This document shows positions 29,227 to 39,151 of a stretch of DNA of 64,000 nucleotides, one piece after another. Within the stretch, counting starts at the first letter, position 1; each line of letters starts with the position of its first letter. Origin of the DNA: an uncultured Verrucomicrobiae bacterium (GTDB lineage Bacteria > Verrucomicrobiota > Verrucomicrobiia > Chthoniobacterales > Chthoniobacteraceae); the NCBI GenBank assembly GCA_963828525.1, contig CAWHEP010000010.1, forward strand, positions 288,001-352,000. The letters run 5' to 3'. Under the pieces are notes generated by a model. That model was not told the DNA's origin. It was given only the letters and a program-made list of their open reading frames with translations, and made no database searches. Both the position numbers and the translations under genes were made by a program.

Positions 29227-30690
29227 ATGCTGACCCCATTTAACTCCTCGCAGTGGAATTTCCAGACGGCGGCGCACCTCTTGAACCGAGCCGGATTCGG
29301 AGGAAGCCCGGAAGAGATAGAAGCCCTGCAGAAGCTTGGGTTTCGCGGAGCCGTTGACTCCATTTTAAACGCGCCCGACGATTCGGCTGCCTTTCCGAGG
29401 CCCGCGTGGGCTGTGCCGACGAACATGATCGCAATGCGAGCGTCGATGGTGATGTTGACGGATGAGCAGCGGAAGGAACGGCAGAAGGAAACGCGGAAGA
29501 TGCAGGTCGGGGATTTCAAGGATCTGGTTCCGTGGTGGCTGGAGCGGATGCAGAAAACATCCAACCCGCTGCGCGAGAAACTGACCCTCTTCTGGCACGG
29601 GCATTTCGCGACAAGCTTCGTCAAGGTGCGGTCGTGTTACCTGATGTGGCTGCAGAACGAAACACTGCGGCGGCAGGCGCTGGGGAACTTCAACCACATG
29701 GTGAAGGATATGTCCCGGGATCCGGCAATGCTGGTATGGCTGGATGGGGCGCAGAACAGGCGCGAGCACCCCAACGAAAACTTCGCGAGGGAGTTAATGG
29801 AATTGTTCACCCTGGGGATCGGCAACTATACGGAGCAGGATATCCAGCAATCCGCCCGGGCCTTCACGGGATACAGGATCAACCCGCAAGATCAGACATT
29901 CCGCTTCGCGCCCTTCCAGCATGACGACGGTGAAAAGACATTCTTCGGGAAGACAGGCCGCTTTGGAGGCGATGACATCATCAACCTGATCCTGGATAAG
30001 CCGGTGTGCGCGACTTACATCACAAAGAAGATCTGGGAGTTTTTCGCGGACGATGACGCGCCACCGGGGGTGATCGATTCGCTCGCGTTTAATTTCCGGG
30101 CCAGTGGCTATGAAATACGGCCTCTGATGCGGGAGATCTTTGAGAGCGCAGTGTTCTACTCGCCCGGTGTGGTGAGAGCGCAGATCAAAAGCCCTGTGCA
30201 GTGGATGGTGCAGACGTCGAAGGAACTGGAAACGGATGTGCCGAACACCGCCGCGACCATAAACGTGCTGCGGCAGATGGGACAGGTGCCCTTTATGCCC
30301 CCGAGTGTGAAGGGATGGGACGGAGGCAAGTCGTGGATCACGACATCCACCTTGCTGCTGCGATATAATCTTTCGAACTACGCGCTTGGAGTTGGGCCGA
30401 TGGCAATGCAGCGGTTCCGAGTGAAGGAGAATAACACGCAGAAGCCGCCGGTGCAGATGCCGCCTCCGCCGCCGGTGGACGTGGCGAAGATCGCTCCGGC
30501 AGAGATGCGCAGCCAGCCGGAGAAGCTTATTGCCTCCCTGGCGCGGCGACTGTTCCAGAGCCCGCTCGATACCCGGCAGACCGATACATTCGTCCAATTT
30601 CTGAACTCGAAAAAGCCTGATACGAGCGACCAAACGGTGCGCGAGCTGCTCCATCTCATGATGAGCACGCCTCAATTCCAGCTCACCTGA
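29227..30690 (+). CDS. DUF1800-family protein (short form)
   Basis: HLLNRAGFG, EKLTLFWHGHFAT, PNENFARELMELFTLG, PPSVKGW. Confidence 0.92.
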   Translation: MLTPFNSSQWNFQTAAHLLNRAGFGGSPEEIEALQKLGFRGAVDSILNAPDDSAAFPRPAWAVPTNMIAMRASMVMLTDEQRKERQKETRKMQVGDFKDLVPWWLERMQKTSNPLREKLTLFWHGHFATSFVKVRSCYLMWLQNETLRRQALGNFNHMVKDMSRDPAMLVWLDGAQNRREHPNENFARELMELFTLGIGNYTEQDIQQSARAFTGYRINPQDQTFRFAPFQHDDGEKTFFGKTGRFGGDDIINLILDKPVCATYITKKIWEFFADDDAPPGVIDSLAFNFRASGYEIRPLMREIFESAVFYSPGVVRAQIKSPVQWMVQTSKELETDVPNTAATINVLRQMGQVPFMPPSVKGWDGGKSWITTSTLLLRYNLSNYALGVGPMAMQRFRVKENNTQKPPVQMPPPPPVDVAKIAPAEMRSQPEKLIASLARRLFQSPLDTRQTDTFVQFLNSKKPDTSDQTVRELLHLMMSTPQFQLT

Positions 30691-30713
30691 CCCCAAAAGA
30701 AAGCAGAACATCC

Positions 30714-32060
30714 ATGGAAACACCCGAACCCTTCACGAACACGCTCCACACGCGGCGCGAGTTTCTACGGACATCGATGCTGGGAGCGGCCGCGGCATGG
30801 ACGCTGCCTGTTTTTCTGCAGAAGACGTTTTCGACGCTGGACGCGATGGCTGCGGATTCGCCAATCCAGACCCCAACAGGGAAGGACGGAACGATCCTGG
30901 TTGTCCTCCAGCTTGCGGGAGGAAACGATGGGCTGAATACGGTTATCCCTTACGCGGATGACGCGTATTACCGCGCGCGGCCGGTCATCGGCATAAAGAA
31001 AGAGCGCGTGCTGCGCATTAACGATTACATGGGTCTGCACCCGAACATGACGGGGATGAAGTCCCTTTACGACGAAGGCCACATGTCTCTCCTGCAAGGC
31101 GTAGGGTATCCTAATCCGAATCGGTCTCATTTTCGCGCCACGGAGATCTGGCAGACAGCATCGGACGCCGATCGTAATGAGACTTACGGCTGGCTGGGCC
31201 GGTATTTCGACAGTTGCTGCCAAGGCGCCGACCCGACGGTAGGAGTGAGCATCGGGAATTCCGTGCCGCAGTCGTTTAACTCCGCGCATCCCACGGGCGT
31301 GTCGTTCGCTCAACCGGAGCAATACCGTTGGATCAACCCGCAACACGGAAAGGACGGAACGGCGTCCGAAGAAGCGGCGTTTAAAGAGCTTAACCAGCCG
31401 GAGATGGCTTCCTCCGCGGACGAGTTGAACTCTGGCGGGTCGATAGGAATGATCGGCGGGCCACGTCAAAAAACGGGTGGCAGCACGCTGGATTTCCTGC
31501 AGCGCACCGCTCTGGACGCGCAACTCAGCTCCGACAAGGTCTTGGAAATTGCGCGGAAGTATCGTTCCACGATCGAATACCCGAAGAATCCGCTGGGAGG
31601 AAGCCTGAGCCTTGTGGCGCGGATGATCGCGGGGGGTCTGGCAACGCGGGTCTACTACGTGAGCCTTGGAGGATTCGATACGCATAGCAACCAAGTGGGC
31701 ACGCAAGATCGGTTGCTTGGCTACATGAGCGATTCGATCTCCGCCTTCTGCAAAGACATGCAGGCTCAGGGAAACTTCCAGCGAGTGATGCTGATGACGT
31801 TCAGCGAGTTTGGACGGCGAGTCACGCAGAATGCCAGCGGTGGAACTGATCACGGCGCGGCAGCTCCGATGTTCGTGGTGGGCGGGGGAGTAAAGGCTGG
31901 AGCGTTTGGGCGCTACCCGAGCCTCACCTCGCTGAATCAGGGCGACCTGATTTATAACGTGGATTTCCGGAGTGTCTACGCGACCATTCTGGAGCGCTGG
32001 CTGAAAGCGCCCAGCAGGACAGTTTTAGGCCGGTCTTTCCCGCTGCTGCCCATCGTGTAA
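30714..32060 (+). CDS. DUF1501-family protein with Tat signal
   Basis: TRREFLR; QLAGGNDGLN, NRSHFRA, GGFDTH, SEFGRR, GTDHG. Confidence 0.92.
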   Translation: METPEPFTNTLHTRREFLRTSMLGAAAAWTLPVFLQKTFSTLDAMAADSPIQTPTGKDGTILVVLQLAGGNDGLNTVIPYADDAYYRARPVIGIKKERVLRINDYMGLHPNMTGMKSLYDEGHMSLLQGVGYPNPNRSHFRATEIWQTASDADRNETYGWLGRYFDSCCQGADPTVGVSIGNSVPQSFNSAHPTGVSFAQPEQYRWINPQHGKDGTASEEAAFKELNQPEMASSADELNSGGSIGMIGGPRQKTGGSTLDFLQRTALDAQLSSDKVLEIARKYRSTIEYPKNPLGGSLSLVARMIAGGLATRVYYVSLGGFDTHSNQVGTQDRLLGYMSDSISAFCKDMQAQGNFQRVMLMTFSEFGRRVTQNASGGTDHGAAAPMFVVGGGVKAGAFGRYPSLTSLNQGDLIYNVDFRSVYATILERWLKAPSRTVLGRSFPLLPIV

Positions 32061-32086
32061 TGGAAATTGTGATCAGCTTCTTTCAT

Positions 32087-32114
32087 TTGCAACGCCCGCG
32101 AGCGGTGGTAAACT
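32087..32114 (+). promoter_or_regulatory. Putative sigma70-type promoter for tatA
   Basis: TTGCAA, a 16-nt spacer, then TAAACT preceded by TGG (extended -10); ends 13 nt before the ATG. Confidence 0.45.
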
Positions 32115-32127
32115 CGATGTTAACCGT

Positions 32128-32430
32128 ATGAACACTCTTGCAAGCTTCGGGAATCTCCTCGGCGGCGGCGACCTTCTCATCATCCTCGTTATCATGCTGC
32201 TTCTCTTTGGGGCGAAGAAGTTGCCCGAACTGGCTAAGGGAATGGGCCAAGCCGTGAAGGAGTTCAATAAGGCGAAGGACGAGTTTGAACGCGAGATCAG
32301 CCGGCCTTCGGTTGCTCCGACGGAGATGGTTGTGCAGCAGCCACGCGAGACCCTGCCCCAGAGGCCTATCGAAGGGTCGGTGCCAGTCGCTCAGGCGGGA
32401 GCGCCTGCGGAGTCGCCTGCCCGGCTTTAA
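32128..32430 (+). CDS. tatA: Twin-arginine translocase TatA/E subunit
   Basis: LLLFGAKKLPELAKGMGQAVKEF. Confidence 0.93.
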   Translation: MNTLASFGNLLGGGDLLIILVIMLLLFGAKKLPELAKGMGQAVKEFNKAKDEFEREISRPSVAPTEMVVQQPRETLPQRPIEGSVPVAQAGAPAESPARL

Positions 32431-32496
32431 TCGATTTCGCTGGTTGGGAGCGCTCTAACTTGCGCCGCGTTTTGCGCTCTGCTCTTCGCGAATGGC

Positions 32497-33240
32497 CTAT
32501 TTGTTGAGGTTATAGTCCGCCACGCGATCATACCATACAGTTAGCGACCGGGAATCGGAGTCGTTATTGCCAGAACCGGCTGCTTTGGAATAGTCGAACG
32601 TGGCAAACTTGGCAACGTGCCCATCCGCCAGCAGGATGTTTGCTCGGGAATTGTGCATCTTGGCGAGGTTCCCCGAGAACGCGGGGTTCTGTGTGTAGTC
32701 GTCTTTGTCCGCGTCGGTAGCGGTGAACAGACCGTCGGAACAGATATCCCCCGCGAGGATGTGTTTCGTTGGGAATTTGATGAGGGCGACCCGCAACGGA
32801 GCAAAGGCCCCCGGTGATGGGGCGGCCTGCGAATAGTCATACAGCGCGGCGTGGGAACCGTTGAAGTAGCTGTAGTTCTTGTTAGTTGGGTAGAGCTGGC
32901 TGGAAGTCGGGCACTGGAAGATTGACAGATTTTGTCCCCCGTTGGTTGGGAGGTACTTTTCCAATTGCTGCGTCCACCCATTAAGTTTGGTGGTGGGATC
33001 AACTGTGTTGTAGGGAATGGTGGCTCCCGATTCAGGGAAGCATCCGTTATTGTCGCCTGTGTAGGCGAGCATTGCCGCGCCGATTTGCCTAAGGTTACTC
33101 GCGCATTTCGTGCCATTCGCGCTATCCTTCACCCTCGCCATCGCGGGAAGCAAGAGGCCAGCGAGGATCGCAATGATGACGATCACCACGAGCAGTTCAG
33201 TCAAAGTGAAGGCGGAAAGCTTCAGGCGAGATTTCAACAT
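32497..33240 (-). CDS. Prepilin-type N-terminal cleavage/methylation protein with H-X9-DG motif (DUF1559-like)
   Basis: AFTLTELLVVIVIIAILAGLLLP, CASNLRQIG, HNSRANILLADGHV. Confidence 0.92.
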   Translation of the reverse strand: MLKSRLKLSAFTLTELLVVIVIIAILAGLLLPAMARVKDSANGTKCASNLRQIGAAMLAYTGDNNGCFPESGATIPYNTVDPTTKLNGWTQQLEKYLPTNGGQNLSIFQCPTSSQLYPTNKNYSYFNGSHAALYDYSQAAPSPGAFAPLRVALIKFPTKHILAGDICSDGLFTATDADKDDYTQNPAFSGNLAKMHNSRANILLADGHVAKFATFDYSKAAGSGNNDSDSRSLTVWYDRVADYNLNK

Positions 33241-33348
33241 GGATATCTGGGGAAAAGGTGCTGGACTTGGAACGCACCACCAACAGAGTTAAGTCCGTCC
33301 ATCGGGCGCGTGAGTCAAGAGCGGGTTAAAGGAGTAGGCTGGTCTGTG

Positions 33349-33912
33349 TTAACTAATCCCGCTTTCCCGGTCGCGCATGAGAGCGTCGTAATTCTCGCCG
33401 AGTTCGCGCATCGCGGCGGTGCCGTTTCCTTTATGTCGCGTCATGGCTTCCTCGATGGCCCGGAAAGGTGGGGGTTCGCAGATGTGTGAAATCACGCGGA
33501 AGAGCACCTCGGGGGTTACTTCGCAGTGAACGATCGTGGGGAGCTTGCCTGTGGAGCAACTCGTAATGATGAGCCGTCTACATCCCTTCAGAAGTTTTTT
33601 GTAGCGCCAGGAACTCAGGAAGCCAATGCGATCCGCGTCGTCGAGCAGGAGGACGGAGTCCTCGGAAAGGTCGCATGGGGGAATACCGCCGCGCGCGTCT
33701 ACGGAAAGCCGTTCGACCTGCAAACGGGTGGCGATGGCAAGCGTGGGTTCGAGATCGCGAAGGAGCGTCGTTTTCCCGCTTCCGGGCGGGCCAACTATCG
33801 CGCCGCGATAGTCAAGCGACTTGAGATGTTCGAGGATCACGCTCCAGTCGTTGAGCGCGTTGGGGAAAACGTAATGAACCTTCTCGAGTTTTTCCGGTGT
33901 GAATGGATTCAT
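33349..33912 (-). CDS. Small P-loop NTPase of unknown function
   Basis: Walker A GPPGSGKT, Walker B VLLLDD, N-terminal MNPF. Confidence 0.7.
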   Translation of the reverse strand: MNPFTPEKLEKVHYVFPNALNDWSVILEHLKSLDYRGAIVGPPGSGKTTLLRDLEPTLAIATRLQVERLSVDARGGIPPCDLSEDSVLLLDDADRIGFLSSWRYKKLLKGCRRLIITSCSTGKLPTIVHCEVTPEVLFRVISHICEPPPFRAIEEAMTRHKGNGTAAMRELGENYDALMRDRESGIS

Positions 33913-33994
33913 CGTACCGGAAGACGAATGTGCCCAAGGGGCTACTGGACGTCAAGAGGAAGTCGGAGCCCGAATGGGCCGGATCTTTTGCGAT

Positions 33995-34843
33995 CTACGA
34001 GGTAGAAATTGCGTCGGTAGTGTAAGAAGGAGCCGTGCCGTCAATCGGCTGCATTGTCACTGCCATGGAGGCCAGAGTGACGGGTCCGAAGATCGTGGCG
34101 AACGAGGTGTCGGCGGCGTCGCGGCCCGTGCCGATTCGGATGAGGCTCGTTTGGGGCGAGAGCCTTGTGGGATCGAAGATATACCAGCGCCCGAGGTACG
34201 CTTCGAAGTAAGCGTGAAAATCCGGGGGTATGAGGTTAAAAGCGTAACCACTTACAAACCTGGCCGGGATCGCCATGGCTCGACACAGCGCTATGGCAAG
34301 GTGCGCGAAGTCGCGGCAGACACCCGCCCGCTCGGTGGCGGTGTCGTAAGCGGACGTGAGGGGATTTGTGCTGCCGCGCAGGTACTCCACATTCCCGTTT
34401 ATCCAGTTGCAGATTGCGGTGACCTTGGCAAAGCCTGTACTGAGGTTTCCAAACTCATGCTGGGCGAGCCGCACCAGCTTGTCCGATTCGCAATAGCGGC
34501 TCGGGTAAAGATAAGGGACGACGTCGGCAGGCATATCTGCTGGAAGGGTGTCCACTACGCGGACATGCGGATCGATGCGGTGCGACAAATCCACGGTCGC
34601 CGAGTAGCGGATTGTGAATTTTCCAGGAGGGGCCGACACCCGGTGGTGCCTTTTGTCCTCGATTGGGGAACGGGACTCCTCAACGGGAAGGCTCGGCTCT
34701 GTCACCAATGCCTCGGCAACGATCTTCTGAAAATCGTTGCCGACGGCACTGATGTTGAAGATGAAGGCGCTGGGGCCGCGAACATCGTAGGAAAGCTCGC
34801 AGCCGACGTCGTATCGCTGACCAGTGCCTTCCGCCGCCTTCAT
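33995..34843 (-). CDS. Transglutaminase-like cysteine protease family protein
   Basis: YLYPSRYCESD, GVCRDFAH, DFHAYFE, FDPT (Cys-His-Asp triad). Confidence 0.92.
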   Translation of the reverse strand: MKAAEGTGQRYDVGCELSYDVRGPSAFIFNISAVGNDFQKIVAEALVTEPSLPVEESRSPIEDKRHHRVSAPPGKFTIRYSATVDLSHRIDPHVRVVDTLPADMPADVVPYLYPSRYCESDKLVRLAQHEFGNLSTGFAKVTAICNWINGNVEYLRGSTNPLTSAYDTATERAGVCRDFAHLAIALCRAMAIPARFVSGYAFNLIPPDFHAYFEAYLGRWYIFDPTRLSPQTSLIRIGTGRDAADTSFATIFGPVTLASMAVTMQPIDGTAPSYTTDAISTS

Positions 34844-34856
34844 TTCCGGAGGATGC

Positions 34857-34876
34857 GCGGAGGAGGAGTCCTCCGC
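34857..34876. other. Short GC-rich hairpin between two minus-strand genes
   Basis: GCGGAGGA-ggag-TCCTCCGC; no U-tract, so a terminator role is doubtful. Confidence 0.35.
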
Positions 34877-34883
34877 CTAGAGG

Positions 34884-35129
34884 CTATTTGCCCTGGCCGG
34901 TCTGCGTCCCGTGTTTGTCTCCGGTGCCGAGGTTGCCGACTGGCAGGTTTGCATCTGTGCCGGTCGAGGCAGCCGAGGTACCGGTCTTCTCGACGGTACC
35001 ATTCTTGGTATCCATGATGCCGTTTGTCCCCGAGGTCTTGACGTCGTCGTTGCCAGCGAAAGCTCCAAGAGCGAAAGAGGCGAAAGCGACGCCAACCAAT
35101 AGTTGTTTTGCAGTTTGTGTTATTTTCAT
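34884..35129 (-). CDS. Small secreted Gly/Thr-rich hypothetical protein (81 aa)
   Basis: Signal peptide MKITQTAKQLLVGVAFASFALGAFA followed by a low-complexity mature region. Confidence 0.65.
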   Translation of the reverse strand: MKITQTAKQLLVGVAFASFALGAFAGNDDVKTSGTNGIMDTKNGTVEKTGTSAASTGTDANLPVGNLGTGDKHGTQTGQGK

Positions 35130-35315
35130 ACAAGGAGCATAACGCAAACCGTGGTCGCTTTGGTTGTGAGAGGCGGGAAATTTATTGGCTTGAAATGTTG
35201 CTGATCCTGGCTGGGTGAGCACTCCGGGCAGCGATCACGGGGATTTGAACTGAGGGCGAGTGGTTCGAAATTCTCTGCTTCAGTTTCGCCTTTTTGACGC
35301 TACGTTCTTCCCCCT

Positions 35316-36359
35316 ATGGCAGCCAAGACCGATGAGAAACCAACCGAAGACAAAGTGACCGTCGCGCGAAACAAAAATCTGGATCTCGCAATCCAGCAGA
35401 TCGCGAAAGACTACGGTGAAGGGGCGATCATGCGGCTTGGCGACAAGAACATTGTGGATGTCGAAGTCATTCCTACCGGGAACATTCTGATCGATCGGGC
35501 GCTTGGGGTCGGTGGGTTCCCTCGAGGACGTGTGATCGAGATTTACGGGCCTGAGTCGTCTGGGAAAACGACTCTGACGCTGACAGTTGTGGCGCAGGCG
35601 CAAAAACGCGGCGGCCTGGCTGCTTTCATCGATGTGGAGCATGCGCTTGATCCGCAATACGCCCGAAAGCTGGGAGTAAATCTGGATGATCTGCTGGTAT
35701 CCCAGCCCAGTTCCGGAGAGGAAGCGCTTCGCATCTGCGAAACGCTCGTTCGATCAAACGCGCTGGATGTTATTGTCATCGATTCTGTCGCGGCCCTCGT
35801 TACGAAGGCGGAGCTGGAAGGAGAAATCGGTGATCCCACAGTGGGCGCGCAGGCCAGGCTGATGAGCGCGGCCCTTCGCAAGCTGACGGCTCTTATCGCG
35901 AAGGCGCGAACGACTTGCATCTTTACCAACCAAATCCGGGAGAAAATTGGGGTCATGTTCGGAAATCCCGAGACGACTCCAGGAGGAAAGGCGCTGAAAT
36001 TCTATTCAAGCGTCCGAATCGACATCCGCCGAATCGCGGCGATAAAGCAGGCAGATGGAGTGGTCGTGGGGAATCGCACAAGGGTGAAAGTGGTGAAAAA
36101 CAAGGTGGCTCCCCCGTTTACCGAAGCGGAATTCGACATTCTGTACAATGAAGGAATCTCGGCAACGGGGTCACTGCTCGATCTTGCGCTTGAAAAGAAT
36201 ATCCTCGAGAAGCGGGGCTCCTGGATCAGCTTCAAAGGGACGCAACTCGCGCAGGGGCGGGATGCGACCAAGGAGTTACTGAAAGGGGATCGACCGCTGT
36301 ACGAAGAGGTGGAGACGGCTGTGCATGCGGCGCTGGAGGCGGAGAAAAGCAAAAGTTAG
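35316..36359 (+). CDS. recA: Recombinase RecA
   Basis: [42 protein letters not shown]. Confidence 0.99.
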   Translation: MAAKTDEKPTEDKVTVARNKNLDLAIQQIAKDYGEGAIMRLGDKNIVDVEVIPTGNILIDRALGVGGFPRGRVIEIYGPESSGKTTLTLTVVAQAQKRGGLAAFIDVEHALDPQYARKLGVNLDDLLVSQPSSGEEALRICETLVRSNALDVIVIDSVAALVTKAELEGEIGDPTVGAQARLMSAALRKLTALIAKARTTCIFTNQIREKIGVMFGNPETTPGGKALKFYSSVRIDIRRIAAIKQADGVVVGNRTRVKVVKNKVAPPFTEAEFDILYNEGISATGSLLDLALEKNILEKRGSWISFKGTQLAQGRDATKELLKGDRPLYEEVETAVHAALEAEKSKS

Positions 36360-36427
36360 GCGGTGGGCAGTAAGGGGAACAACCGGGCACGGGGGCGGAT
36401 GCGCCTTCTTCAAGCGCGCGAGCTGGC

Positions 36428-39109
36428 ATGATGACTTCGTCAACGATCCGACAGACATTCCTGGATTTTTTTCGGGAGAAGCTCCACACCGTTGTGCCTT
36501 CCTCCAGTTTGATGCCGGATTCGCCGAACCTGCTCTTCACGAACGCGGGGATGAATCAGTTCGTCCCCTACTTTCTCGGGACGGAACGCGCGCCTTTCAG
36601 CCCGGCGCGAGCGGCTGATACCCAGAAATGCATCCGGGCAGGGGGCAAACACAACGATCTCGATGACGTGGGGCTTGATACTTATCACCACACGTTTTTC
36701 GAGATGCTCGGGAACTGGAGCTTCGGCGACTACTTCAAAGCGGAAGCAATCAGTTGGGCGTGGGAGCTTCTGACTGAACGGTGGAAATTTCCGCCGCATC
36801 GGTTGTACGCCACGGTCTATAATCCGGGCACCGGAGATCCGGGTTCTTTCGATCAGGAAGCGTTCGATCACTGGGCGGCGCGCTTTCGCGAGGCCGGGCT
36901 TGATCCCGCGGCGCACATCGTGAACGGCTCGAAGAAGGACAACTTCTGGATGATGGGGGAGACTGGGCCATGCGGGCCATGTTCGGAGGTGCATGTGGAT
37001 TTGACTCCGGACGCGGCGACGCGTGGCGCCCTGGTCAACGCCGGTGATCCGCGTTGCATGGAAGTCTGGAACCTCGTCTTCATTCAGTTCAACGCGAATA
37101 CCGACGGCTCCTTTTCTCCGTTGCCAGCGCGGCACGTGGACACGGGGATGGGGTTTGAGCGCATAGCGGGCATCATCCAATGCACGGAAGGTTTCACAGA
37201 TTTTTCGCGTCCGATCTCGAACTATGGTTCAGACGTATTCCAACCGATCTTTGCGCGACTGGAGAGTCTGAGCGGGAAACGTTATCTGGGCACGGTGCCC
37301 ACTGGAAAAGCGGGGGCAACGGAACAGGAGAGAGTGGACGTCGCCTTCAGGGTTTTGGCGGATCACATCCGGGCGCTCGCGTTTGCGATTGCCGATGGAA
37401 TCCTGCCGGGGAACAACGAGCGAAACTACGTCGTCCGGCGCATCCTGCGGAGGGCGGTTCGCTTTGGGAGGGTGCTTGGCTTCGGAGCGGCATTGACCGA
37501 TGGGGAGCTGCTCCTGCCCCGGCTCCTTGAGCCGGTGGTTGAGACATTCGCGCCGGTTTTTCCCGAACTCTCCCGATCCCGCGATCTGATCCACGACGTC
37601 TTAGAGAGCGAAGAGAAAAGCTTCAACCGCACCCTGGACAAGGGACTGGAGTTGTTCGACGCCGAGATGAAGCGGCTGCCCGAAGGGGCTGCCGCCTTTT
37701 CGGCTCAAGTGGCTTTCAAGCTGTATGATACGTATGGCTTTCCCGTTGATCTGACCGAACTGCTGGCCCGCGAGGCCGGGCTCACGGTGGATTCTGGACA
37801 GGTGAACGCGCTGATGGATGAACAGCGGCAGCGCGCCCGAACTGCTCAGAAGAAGGAAGTTATTTCCGCGGAAGGAAATCTTCCGCTATTCGAAACGCTT
37901 TTCGTAGGATTCGAGCGTGACGAGGCTGAGACGCAACTGCTCGGCACGTTCGCAAAGGGCGCGGACATATACGTGGGAGTGGAAGTTTCGCCGTTTTACG
38001 CCGAGATGGGCGGGCAGGTGGGCGACACGGGGTTGCTGCGGCTGGGATCGCGCGAGGTTGCCGTCACGGCCACGATCCGGAAGGGACCTGCTTTTTTCCT
38101 GAAGCTGGCGGAACCCTTGGCGGCCGAAGATGCGGCTTTGGTCGCGAGCGCGATGGTGGACAAACAGCGCCGTCGGGCGATCGAGGCGCACCACACCGCA
38201 ACGCACCTGCTGCATCTGGCGTTGCGCGACGCGCTTGGGCCTGGGGTGATGCAGAAGGGGTCGTATGTCGGCCCCGACCGGCTGCGGTTCGACTTTAACA
38301 GCTCAGCGCTTAACGCCGCCCAGCTCGAATCGATAGAGCGGCAGATCAACCAGAGGATTCTCGAGAACTCGCCCGTAGCTTGGACCGAGATGCCTTACGC
38401 CTCGGTTCGGGAGCGCTCCGACATCATGCAATTTTTCGGCGAAAAATACGGCGATACCGTGCGGGTCGTACAGATTGGGGGGCAGCCTGGCGCGTTAAAC
38501 GGATACTCGATGGAGTTGTGTGGTGGCACTCACGCGCGCGCCACGGGGCAACTCGGTTTATTTACCATCACGAGCGAGGGAGCCATAGCGGCGGGGATCC
38601 GGCGGATCGAGGCGGTGTGCGGCATGGCGGCGCTGGAGCACGGAAAAGCGCGTCTCGCAGAACAAACCAAACGGGCGGAGCAACTCGAAGAAAAACTTGT
38701 AGAGGCGATCAAGGAATTGGAGCGGGAGAGGGCCGCCGCGCTCAGGCGGCAGGCAAGCGCGCTTGTCGCGACATTGCTGCAGCAGGTGGATGACTCCGCG
38801 GGGACCAAGAGGCTGATCAAAAATGTGGGAATTGCCACTCCCGAATTGCTTCAGTCGATAATCGATCTTCTCAAGGAACGGCAGTTCGATGGAATCGCGA
38901 TCCTTGCGGGTTTGGTTGATGACAGGGTAAGCCTGGCCGTCTCCATCGGGGCAGGGGCACCCAAGAACCTTCACGCCGGGAAGTTAATGCAACAAATTGC
39001 GCCAATCGTCGGGGGAAAAGGGGGCGGAAAAGCGGAATCAGCGCGCGGGGCGGGGAATGATCCCGGCAAAATCAATGACGCCCTGCGTCTGGCGGCGACT
39101 TTGCTTTAG
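36428..39109 (+). CDS. alaS: Alanine--tRNA ligase
   Basis: LLFTNAGMNQF, FEMLGNWSFGDYFK, DTGMGFER, HTATHLL, ELCGGTH, GKGGGK. Confidence 0.99.
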   Translation: MMTSSTIRQTFLDFFREKLHTVVPSSSLMPDSPNLLFTNAGMNQFVPYFLGTERAPFSPARAADTQKCIRAGGKHNDLDDVGLDTYHHTFFEMLGNWSFGDYFKAEAISWAWELLTERWKFPPHRLYATVYNPGTGDPGSFDQEAFDHWAARFREAGLDPAAHIVNGSKKDNFWMMGETGPCGPCSEVHVDLTPDAATRGALVNAGDPRCMEVWNLVFIQFNANTDGSFSPLPARHVDTGMGFERIAGIIQCTEGFTDFSRPISNYGSDVFQPIFARLESLSGKRYLGTVPTGKAGATEQERVDVAFRVLADHIRALAFAIADGILPGNNERNYVVRRILRRAVRFGRVLGFGAALTDGELLLPRLLEPVVETFAPVFPELSRSRDLIHDVLESEEKSFNRTLDKGLELFDAEMKRLPEGAAAFSAQVAFKLYDTYGFPVDLTELLAREAGLTVDSGQVNALMDEQRQRARTAQKKEVISAEGNLPLFETLFVGFERDEAETQLLGTFAKGADIYVGVEVSPFYAEMGGQVGDTGLLRLGSREVAVTATIRKGPAFFLKLAEPLAAEDAALVASAMVDKQRRRAIEAHHTATHLLHLALRDALGPGVMQKGSYVGPDRLRFDFNSSALNAAQLESIERQINQRILENSPVAWTEMPYASVRERSDIMQFFGEKYGDTVRVVQIGGQPGALNGYSMELCGGTHARATGQLGLFTITSEGAIAAGIRRIEAVCGMAALEHGKARLAEQTKRAEQLEEKLVEAIKELERERAAALRRQASALVATLLQQVDDSAGTKRLIKNVGIATPELLQSIIDLLKERQFDGIAILAGLVDDRVSLAVSIGAGAPKNLHAGKLMQQIAPIVGGKGGGKAESARGAGNDPGKINDALRLAATLL

Positions 39110-39151
39110 CGGCATCGCTGGGGCTCTACGCCGTCAACTTAGCAGCCTGGT

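Noticed and set aside
32497..33240. Prepilin-type gene as evidence of a pilus or T2SS locus
   Set aside because: Stand-alone H-X9-DG proteins are abundant in PVC genomes and no assembly genes are in the window.
35130..35315. LexA box upstream of recA
   Set aside because: No TGTTC-N4-GAACA, CTGT-N8-ACAG or GAAC-N4-GTTC seen by eye.
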